A stretch of DNA of 64,000 nt, taken from NCBI GenBank assembly GCA_964389375.1, contig CAYMDP010000010.1, positions 9,849 through 73,848 on the forward strand. Direction: 5' to 3'. The notes beneath the pieces were generated by a model. It ran no database searches, was not told the origin of the DNA, and saw only the letters and a list, made by a program, of their open reading frames with translations. The first letter of the stretch is position 1, and every line of letters starts with the position of its first letter. Positions 57,306 through 64,000 of this stretch are shown here, piece after piece. The position numbers and the translations under genes were made by a program. The DNA comes from an uncultured Pseudobdellovibrionaceae bacterium (GTDB lineage: Bacteria; Bdellovibrionota; Bdellovibrionia; Bdellovibrionales; UBA1609).

Positions 57306-57396
57306 ATTTTCCTCCTCGGCTTTGCAGATTTATACCAAGTTTGGCTGCGGGCTCCCAAGTTAAAATCCATTTCCCACGGGCCTCTGCTAAGCTGCG

Positions 57397-58131
57397 TTAA
57401 CGAAATCTTTCCATCTGATCTTTGCTTATGGCCCAGGTCGCAAGAATCAGAAATACGGCGGTATATCCAAGTAAAGTCCAGGCACTTGGATGCGGAATTT
57501 TTTGATTAAGTACGACAGACCAAAGAACTTCTCCCAAGTGCCGGGTGGGTAATAAATTCGAAAGACCATGCAGACTTTCTGGCAACAGTTGAGGGGGTTT
57601 CCAAAGACCCCCGATAAAGGAAAGCGGCAGATAAACTAAATTTGCCATCGGCAAGGCCGCTTTTTTCGAGACCAGGTAGGCAAAGGCCAGACCCATGAAA
57701 GCAAATGGAATCGAGCAAAGTAAAAGAAGCGCAATAAACTGAAGCCATTGAGCCAGAGACAGCTGTGCAGGGGTCCAAATAAGCGCAACTAAAATCACCA
57801 GCGCCAAGGTAAGGAAGGCGAAGCAGAGTGCGCACAGACTGCGAGCCAGCAGAATCAAATTGGGTGCGAGAGGGAGGCTTCGAAGATAAAGATTCCAAGG
57901 CGAGCTTCGTTCTTCAGCGACGCCTACGCCAAACTGAAAGAAAACGACACCAAAAATTGCAAAACATGAAAATGAGGCCATCAGAATATTCGCGATTTCT
58001 TCGCTATGAGCCTCAGGCACTCCGAAGATTAGAAAAAAACCTGCAGGAAATATTAAGGTCGGAACCAAGTAGCTGGGTTGGCGAAGATGTTCTAAAAGTA
58101 AAGCCCAAGTGTGAATCAACAATAGCTTCAT
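57397..58131 (-). CDS. ABC-2-type transporter permease
   Basis: 244-aa ORF with six hydrophobic helices. ATGA overlap with the upstream ATPase gene. Confidence 0.65.
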   Translation of the reverse strand: MKLLLIHTWALLLEHLRQPSYLVPTLIFPAGFFLIFGVPEAHSEEIANILMASFSCFAIFGVVFFQFGVGVAEERSSPWNLYLRSLPLAPNLILLARSLCALCFAFLTLALVILVALIWTPAQLSLAQWLQFIALLLLCSIPFAFMGLAFAYLVSKKAALPMANLVYLPLSFIGGLWKPPQLLPESLHGLSNLLPTRHLGEVLWSVVLNQKIPHPSAWTLLGYTAVFLILATWAISKDQMERFR

Positions 58132-59006
58132 GGTGTTTGCTCCAGTGTGAGCTTCAAAAAGGCCTCTTCCAAAGTTGGCGTCTGGATCTCTAAGTCTTGA
58201 AAATTTTGTTTCAGTCCAACGAGTTCGCGGACATATTCGTCAGGGTCCGTGGTCCAAACTTCAAATTGATCACCGGTTTTAATAAATTCACTTTGGCTTT
58301 GTGTACGAAGATTGTCTGTTGAGGAAAAGCGAACTTTTTTGAGACCTACTTTTTGTTTTGCGGTCTGAATCTCTGAGTCAAAAAGGAGCCGACCTTTTTG
58401 CAGAATAAGGGCGCGATCCGTAAGGAATTCAGCCTCTTCAAAGTGATGCGTGGTCAAAAGCAAACTGACTTCATGTTTCGTAACATAAGACTTAATCAAA
58501 TGAAGAAGATTTTTTCTAGACTCAAAGTCTAATCCAGTTGTCGGCTCATCCAATAAAACCAAGCGCGGTCGGCCCGCAAAAGTACAGGCCAGAGCCAGTT
58601 TGCGTTTTTCACCGCCGCTTAGACCTCCGCATTGGCGATTTGAAATCATCTCAAGCTGAAAGAGTTGAATCAGCTCATTAAGCCCTTCAGGGTCTTTGTA
58701 GTGAGATCTGACAAGATAAAGAATTTCTTTCACTTTCAAGTGATCGCTGAATCCTAAATGCTGAGGAGTGAGGCCCAATTGGGAGCGACTTGTTGCATTT
58801 CGGGGATCCTGGCCAAACAGCAAAATCTTTCCTTGATCGGGGCCCCGCAGGCCAGCTGCCATAGAATAAAGCGTGGATTTACCCGCGCCATTTGCACCGA
58901 GAAGTGAAAGGCATTCTCCTTTACTGATTTGAAATGAGATTTTGTCTAAGACTCGCCTGGAGCCAAAGTTCTTCGTCACTTCATTAAATTGGAGTTCAGC
59001 CATCAA
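58128..59006 (-). CDS. ABC transporter ATP-binding protein
   Basis: Walker A GANGAGKST, signature LSGGEKRKL and Walker B LVLLDEPTTGLD. Confidence 0.9.
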   Translation of the reverse strand: MMAELQFNEVTKNFGSRRVLDKISFQISKGECLSLLGANGAGKSTLYSMAAGLRGPDQGKILLFGQDPRNATSRSQLGLTPQHLGFSDHLKVKEILYLVRSHYKDPEGLNELIQLFQLEMISNRQCGGLSGGEKRKLALACTFAGRPRLVLLDEPTTGLDFESRKNLLHLIKSYVTKHEVSLLLTTHHFEEAEFLTDRALILQKGRLLFDSEIQTAKQKVGLKKVRFSSTDNLRTQSQSEFIKTGDQFEVWTTDPDEYVRELVGLKQNFQDLEIQTPTLEEAFLKLTLEQTP

Positions 59007-59040
59007 TTATTCACCGCATTATTATGCTGGATCGGTTTGA

Positions 59041-59050
59041 GCTCGCGAGC
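59041..59050. promoter_or_regulatory. Perfect 10-bp palindrome GCTCGCGAGC in the divergent ABC/crtE control region (candidate operator)
   Basis: Self-complementary 10-mer located about 22 nt upstream of a TACAAT -10-like hexamer (59072-59077). No function is demonstrated. Confidence 0.3.
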
Positions 59051-59082
59051 CTATTCAATCCCCGTGAGACTTACAATATATT

Positions 59083-60162
59083 TTGAAATCTGCCCCCGAA
59101 GCCGTTAAGGTTCTCGGGTTAAATCGAAATTTCGAGGGGTTCTTTTTGCTTCAAAATTTAGAGCACTTTCCTAAAGAAGAGGCCTTGCCTCTGGTGGAAA
59201 GTTTTATGCAGCAATTAATTTTGAAAGATGGCCCGGGCCCCCTGGCCGCGATGCTTCTGGAGCATCTTTCAAGCGGAGGTCGACGTTTGCGGGCTCATCT
59301 GTCGCTCGCCGTCTTCCGCAGTTTAAATTGCGATATTCAATCTGTCCTTCCTTGGGCTGCGGCTTGTGAACTTCTGCATAATGCCACTTTAATTCATGAT
59401 GATATTCAAGATGGGGATCTCATCCGGCGAGGGCAAAAGACTTTGTGGGCTCGTCACGGGATTGCTCAGGCCATAAATGCGGGCGATCAAATGTTGATTC
59501 TTCCCTTTCGCGCCTTGTGCGAGCTGAAGGCCTCTTCAGATTTAAAACTTCTTCTTAACGAGGAACTGGCTCAGTGTGCGTCTCGTGTTGTTCAAGGCCA
59601 GACTGAAGAGTTTCATCTTAAGAGTGAAATAGATCAGCCGAATTTATGGGACCGCTATTTAAAGGTGATTGATTGTAAAACCGCGGCCTTATTTGGTAGC
59701 CCAGTGTTTGGGGCTCTTTTGCTCGCTGGAGAAAGTCCAGAGGAGGCTAAAAAAGCAAAATTTGTTTTTGGGCGGCTTGGACGTGCCTTTCAGTTGGTTG
59801 ACGATCTAGTCGACCTAAAGGGGCGTAAAAAGGGTCGAAGAGCGGGTGATGATTTGCGTGAGGGAAAAGTCTCAAGCCCCTTGGTGAAGTATCTCGAAAT
59901 TCGTCATGAAAAAAAACAAGACATCAAAACTTTGATTCATCAAAATCGTGGCGAAAAAAATGAAGAAGTGGTGCAAAAGATTTTGTGGGAAATGGACGAG
60001 CTTGGACTGTCACAGTTAATTGAAGTCGAGGTCCAGTTATTATTAGAATCCTTTCAGTCGGAAATTTCGGTCATCTCGGGAGGAAGGCTTTCTGAAATTG
60101 CGAATCAAATTTGCAAAAAAATTCTTCAACCTTTAAGTGAATCGAAGGTGATCTATGTCTAA
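59083..60162 (+). CDS. crtE: Polyprenyl (geranylgeranyl) diphosphate synthase, CrtE-like
   Basis: First Asp-rich motif LIHDDIQDGD and second LVDDLVD, in a crt gene context. The start is uncertain: the TTG at 59083 lies only 6 nt after the -10-like box, and the first in-frame ATG is at 59206. Confidence 0.75.
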   Translation: MKSAPEAVKVLGLNRNFEGFFLLQNLEHFPKEEALPLVESFMQQLILKDGPGPLAAMLLEHLSSGGRRLRAHLSLAVFRSLNCDIQSVLPWAAACELLHNATLIHDDIQDGDLIRRGQKTLWARHGIAQAINAGDQMLILPFRALCELKASSDLKLLLNEELAQCASRVVQGQTEEFHLKSEIDQPNLWDRYLKVIDCKTAALFGSPVFGALLLAGESPEEAKKAKFVFGRLGRAFQLVDDLVDLKGRKKGRRAGDDLREGKVSSPLVKYLEIRHEKKQDIKTLIHQNRGEKNEEVVQKILWEMDELGLSQLIEVEVQLLLESFQSEISVISGGRLSEIANQICKKILQPLSESKVIYV

Positions 60163-61699
60163 GTCAGATCTTCCTGTGATTGTTATTGGATCAGGTTTTG
60201 GTGGGATGGCTTCCGCGGTCCGCATGAGAGCAAAGGGTTATAAAGTAATCCTTCTTGAAGCCCATAATCAACTCGGGGGAAGAGCCGCTGTTTTTAAGCA
60301 AGACGGCTTTACTTTTGATGCCGGTCCAACCGTTATCACGGCTCCTTATTTAATCGCAGAACTTTTTGAAATGCTCGGTGAGGACCCTAAGGATTTTTAC
60401 GAGCTGATGCCCGTCGATCCCTTCTACCGAATTCTTTACCCTGATGGATCTCAGTTTGATTATGTCGGAGATGAAGATCGGCTGATCGAAAATATTCGAA
60501 AGCTTAGCCCCGAAGATGTAGAGGGTTACAAAAAATTAGCTGAACACTCGAGTCGAATCTTTGATGTAGGTTATACCCAGCTTGCAGATCAGCCCTTCCT
60601 TCGGGTTTCAGATATGCTTCGTGTGTTGCCGGATATGCTAAAGCTTGAAAACTATAAAACGGTTTATGCATTGGTCTCTAAGTACATTAAGGACGAACGG
60701 CTCAGGCAGGCCTTTAGCTTTGAGCCCCTTTTGGTGGGTGGGAATCCATTTCAGATCACCTCAATTTATCTTTTAATCCATTGGCTCGAAAGAAAGTGGG
60801 GTGTCCACTTTGTTAAGGGTGGAACCACAGCCTTGGTTGAAGCCTTTGGACTTTTGATGCAAAAACACAATATCGGAGTTCGACTGAATACAAAGGTCTC
60901 TAGGATTGATGTTGAAGAGGGTAAAGTGCGGGGAGTCGTGACGGACTCTGGAGAGCGCATCGCTTGCCAGATGGTGATCTCAAATGCGGATCCAATTAAA
61001 GTTTATTCTGAGATGGTGGATAAAAAATTTCGTAAAAAAAATACGGACCGCTCGCTTAAGAATAAAAGAAGCTCGATGGGTCTATTCGTCGCTTATTTTG
61101 GAACAAAGAAAACTTACCCAGAGCTTGCGCACCACACGATAGTTCTTGGGCCTCGGTACAAAGGGCTGTTACATGATATTTTTAACAAGAAGGTCCTTGC
61201 CGATGACTTTAGCCTTTATCTTCATGCACCCACTCGTTCGGATGCAAGCATGGCTCCTGAGGGGCATGAGTGCTTTTATGTTCTTTCTCCGGTCCCAAAC
61301 AATCAAAGTGGATTAAATTGGTCTGAAATTGGGGATGCTTACTGCGACAAAATTTTGTCAGCACTCGAAGATAAACTTCTGCCTGGCTTAAGGGAAAACT
61401 TGGTGACGAAGCATTTTGTGACTCCGGATTATTTTGAAAAGACTTTGCACAGCGCAAGGGGAGCGGGCTTTGGAATTGAGCCCTGTTTTACTCAGTCGGC
61501 CTATTTTCGCTTTCATAATAAGTCGGAAGATATTGAGGGCTTATATTTTGTAGGGGCCAGCACTCATCCCGGAGCCGGTGTTCCAGGAGTTTTATCTTCA
61601 GCAAAAGTTTTAGAGAGATTGATTCCTGATTTGGATCGAAGACGACCTTTACCGATTGTGCAGAATGCGATGCCACGTGATTTGGAGGCCCCGCTGTGA
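60155..61699 (+). CDS. crtI: Phytoene desaturase
   Basis: 514-aa ORF with an N-terminal FAD fold VIVIGSGFGGMASA and a C-terminal CrtI-type motif YFVGASTHPGAGVPGV. It overlaps crtE by 8 nt. Confidence 0.9.
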   Translation: MSKSDLPVIVIGSGFGGMASAVRMRAKGYKVILLEAHNQLGGRAAVFKQDGFTFDAGPTVITAPYLIAELFEMLGEDPKDFYELMPVDPFYRILYPDGSQFDYVGDEDRLIENIRKLSPEDVEGYKKLAEHSSRIFDVGYTQLADQPFLRVSDMLRVLPDMLKLENYKTVYALVSKYIKDERLRQAFSFEPLLVGGNPFQITSIYLLIHWLERKWGVHFVKGGTTALVEAFGLLMQKHNIGVRLNTKVSRIDVEEGKVRGVVTDSGERIACQMVISNADPIKVYSEMVDKKFRKKNTDRSLKNKRSSMGLFVAYFGTKKTYPELAHHTIVLGPRYKGLLHDIFNKKVLADDFSLYLHAPTRSDASMAPEGHECFYVLSPVPNNQSGLNWSEIGDAYCDKILSALEDKLLPGLRENLVTKHFVTPDYFEKTLHSARGAGFGIEPCFTQSAYFRFHNKSEDIEGLYFVGASTHPGAGVPGVLSSAKVLERLIPDLDRRRPLPIVQNAMPRDLEAPL

Positions 61700-62568
61700 A
61701 GGCGGAGCTGCAAAAATCCCTTAAACCAAATCCCGCAATGGCCCAGCATGCGAAGTCCTTTTCGTGGGCTTCTTTCTTTTTTTCTTCAGAAGTTTTCTAC
61801 GATGTTTGTGCGCTTTATCTTTTTTGCAGAACGGTCGATGACATTGCAGATAAAGAAGAGCCATCTCGGGCAAGGGGGCGGCTGAATGACTTAAAAGAGA
61901 AGCTGTCTCAATTTCATCCCGAGGATAAATTTACGGACCAAAGCCTTCACAATTTGCATCGACTTCATTTTGAAAAAGGCCTACCTCTTGCCCAGGCTGT
62001 CGAATTGATTGACGGGGCACTGAGTGACCTGGATCGCAGTCGTGTCGCAGATGAAGCTGAATTCTTGCATTACTGCTACCAAGTCGCAGGGACTGTAGGT
62101 TTGATGATGTGTCCTTTGATTGGAGTTCGTGATCCGATGGCGGCTGAGCACGCGAAGAGTCTTGGCATTGCCATGCAAATGACCAATATTTGTAGAGACG
62201 TCAAAGAAGATGCCGAGATGGGCCGAGTGTATTTGCCCGAAACATGGTTAAGTGAAGTCGGTCTAAGTTCTGAGCAAGTATTAAATGGACAGGCGGATTC
62301 GGCAAAGCTTTCAAAGGTGGTGTGCCGAGCCCTTTCCTTGGCCGATCAGTACTACCGCCATGCGGATCGTGGGATGGTCTTTATTCCTTTTCGTCCACGT
62401 TTAAGTATTGTGGTGGCGAGCCGAATTTATAGAGCCATTGGTTTAGAGCTGCAAAAACGTCGATTTAACCCAATGTTAGGACGAGTTTTTGTAAGCCCCT
62501 ATAAAAAAATAATTTGGTCACTAAAAGCAGTTTGGGCGGCCGTGTTTGCTGGCGCAATAAAGGGCTAG
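61696..62568 (+). CDS. crtB: Phytoene synthase
   Basis: Squalene/phytoene synthase signatures YLFCRTVDDIAD and MQMTNICRDVKEDAEMGRVYLP. The GTG start overlaps the crtI stop (GTGA). Confidence 0.9.
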   Translation: MKAELQKSLKPNPAMAQHAKSFSWASFFFSSEVFYDVCALYLFCRTVDDIADKEEPSRARGRLNDLKEKLSQFHPEDKFTDQSLHNLHRLHFEKGLPLAQAVELIDGALSDLDRSRVADEAEFLHYCYQVAGTVGLMMCPLIGVRDPMAAEHAKSLGIAMQMTNICRDVKEDAEMGRVYLPETWLSEVGLSSEQVLNGQADSAKLSKVVCRALSLADQYYRHADRGMVFIPFRPRLSIVVASRIYRAIGLELQKRRFNPMLGRVFVSPYKKIIWSLKAVWAAVFAGAIKG

Positions 62569-62571
62569 TCG

Positions 62572-63324
62572 ATGACCTATATGCAGTTTCATTTTATCTT
62601 TACCTTGCCTCTGATGAGCTTATTTCTGTTTTTGTCCATTAAGAAATATCCAACAGAATTTAAACCCTACGCTTTGGGGATGGCCCTACTTTCGGTTTTG
62701 GCTCTGGTCTACACCACTCCCTGGGATAATTACATCGTCGCAAAGGGGGTTTGGTCCTATCCCCCGGACAGAGTTCTTCTAGTCATCGGATATGTCCCCT
62801 TCGAAGAGTATCTGTTTTTCTTGATTCAAACTTGGTTGTCGGGATCCTTCTTTTTTTTACTGACCAGAAAATTTCCAGAAAAATTTGTCGCAAAAAGATC
62901 TTGGGCCTTAAATATATCTGCTGGAGTTTTTTCTCTTCTTCTTTGCGGCACTGGGGTTTACTTCCTGTTTTCGGATTCAACATTTTATCTAGGGATGATT
63001 TTATCTTGGGTGGCTCCTGTTTGGGGTCTTCAGTGGGTCTATGCTTTGGATCATCTGGTGCGTAACATAAAAATTGTTTTTGGATCAATTCTGATGCTTT
63101 CAGTTTACCTTTCGGTTGCAGATAAAATTGCAATCTCGAGTGAGATTTGGACGATCTCAGATCAATTTACGACTGGAATTCAGCTTTTTGGTCTTCCCAT
63201 GGAAGAAGCACTGTTCTTTTTTGCCACAAATGTAATGGTCATTCAGGGCCTAAGCTTATTTGTTGCAGGCCCCAGATACTGGCCCTTTAGGGCTTTTCCA
63301 CGTGTGATGTCGCGCGTTTTTTAG
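62572..63324 (+). CDS. Fused CrtYc/CrtYd-type lycopene cyclase
   Basis: 250-aa polytopic protein with the duplicated lycopene-cyclase-domain motifs TPWDNYIVAKGVWSY..PFEEYLFF and IWTISD...LPMEEALFFF. Confidence 0.8.
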   Translation: MTYMQFHFIFTLPLMSLFLFLSIKKYPTEFKPYALGMALLSVLALVYTTPWDNYIVAKGVWSYPPDRVLLVIGYVPFEEYLFFLIQTWLSGSFFFLLTRKFPEKFVAKRSWALNISAGVFSLLLCGTGVYFLFSDSTFYLGMILSWVAPVWGLQWVYALDHLVRNIKIVFGSILMLSVYLSVADKIAISSEIWTISDQFTTGIQLFGLPMEEALFFFATNVMVIQGLSLFVAGPRYWPFRAFPRVMSRVF

Positions 63325-63379
63325 GCTTAGCTGTTTACCTGACTTAAGCCTATGCTAATCTTTAAAACTTGGGGGAATT

Positions 63380-63919
63380 ATGAAAACTCTTTTAACTGTT
63401 CTTGGAGTGCTTATGTCTTTAACTCTATCTTATGCTGAAGCGGATATCTTCTCTGTTCCCTTAAAAAATATTGATGGTGAAGCCGATAGCCTTGCAAAGT
63501 ACAAAGGTAAAGTGATGCTGGTAGCAAATACAGCCTCCGAGTGTGGATACACTCGTCAGTATGCGGGCCTTCAAAAAGTGTATGATCAATTTAAAGATCA
63601 AGGTTTTGTGGTTTTAGGTTTTCCGAGCAATGACTTTGGTGGCCAAGAGCCTGGGCAAAACAAGGATATAAAAAAGTTTTGTCAGTTAAACTATGGGGTG
63701 AATTTTCCGCTTTTTGAAAAGGGTCCTGTAAAGGGTGAAGAAAAACAGAAGCTTTTTGCAGAGCTATTGAAATTGTCCTCAGACAAGTCAGAGATTAAGT
63801 GGAACTTCGAAAAGTTTTTGATCGGCAAAGATGGCAAACTAAAAAAACGCTTTTCTTCAAAAGATGAGCCTGAAGACATCGCCAAGTTTGTTGCAGAGGA
63901 ATTAAAAGCTGCAAAATGA
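63380..63919 (+). CDS. Glutathione peroxidase (Cys-type), secreted or periplasmic
   Basis: Signal peptide followed by VANTASECGYT, LGFPSNDFGGQEPG and WNFEKFLIG. Confidence 0.9.
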   Translation: MKTLLTVLGVLMSLTLSYAEADIFSVPLKNIDGEADSLAKYKGKVMLVANTASECGYTRQYAGLQKVYDQFKDQGFVVLGFPSNDFGGQEPGQNKDIKKFCQLNYGVNFPLFEKGPVKGEEKQKLFAELLKLSSDKSEIKWNFEKFLIGKDGKLKKRFSSKDEPEDIAKFVAEELKAAK

Positions 63920-64000
63920 AGCCTCGCATTCGAATCTTTTGGTTTAGACGAGACCTTCGCCTTCACGACAATCATGGGCTTTATCAGGCCTTAAAGTCGG
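63916..64000 (+). CDS. Deoxyribodipyrimidine photolyase/cryptochrome family, N-terminal 28 codons (continues past the window end)
   Basis: Absent from the ORF track. ATG 63916 overlaps the gpx stop (ATGA). MKPRIRIFWFRRDLRLHDNHGLYQALKS matches the photolyase N-terminal WFRRDLRL.DN.AL signature. Confidence 0.6.
   Translation, partial: MKPRIRIFWFRRDLRLHDNHGLYQALKS

Noticed and set aside
1-64000. CRISPR arrays, rRNA/tRNA genes, transposase or integrase genes
   Set aside because: I scanned the intergenic regions for regularly spaced direct repeats, tRNA T-arm consensus and recombinase motifs and found none. The only multi-copy sequences are the hairpin elements and the HNH relic.

Overview
This is a 64-kb chromosomal segment from a compact, moderately AT-rich Gram-negative genome. 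Secreted hydrolases, long coiled-coil proteins, a DUF222-type HNH gene and dense HD-GYP/cyclase/cNMP signalling suggest a Bdellovibrio-like predator, but that is only a guess. About 90% is ordinary coding sequence. Housekeeping content includes ffh, the rpsP-KH-rimM-trmD-(SPOUT-like MTase)-rplS-rnhB-yraN block, lptD, argS, pyk, scoAB plus thiolase, miaB, guaB, guaA and dnaE. Two genes run off the window edges and are absent from the ORF track: an S8 protease at 1-1521 (-) and a photolyase N-terminus at 63916-64000 (+). I found no rRNA, tRNA or CRISPR. The most unusual signal is a family of long hairpin elements in gene-free gaps just 3' of genes. Three copies (8388-8506, 54908-55070, 55241-55567) share conserved core ends (TCCGCCGAAGAC ... 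GTCCGACGGCTGAGGnGGAG) bracketed by AAGTG/CACTT. Their 26-35-bp outer arms differ completely between copies yet stay complementary within each copy. One copy carries two further hairpins nested inside it. A fourth hairpin (49740-49831) has the same AAGTG/CACTT architecture but a different core. No transposase is present in the window. Other points of interest: an apparent operon of two diverged HD-GYP paralogues plus a membrane-anchored MutS-domain-V ATPase; an AT-rich, low-density islet (about 2760-7372) holding an HNH gene, a relic of a second copy and a 770-nt non-coding gap; and a carotenoid/photoprotection supercluster (crtE-I-B-Ycd, gpx, photolyase) divergent from a GT2/membrane/ABC-2 operon. 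All functional calls rest on motifs read by eye; no database search was possible.
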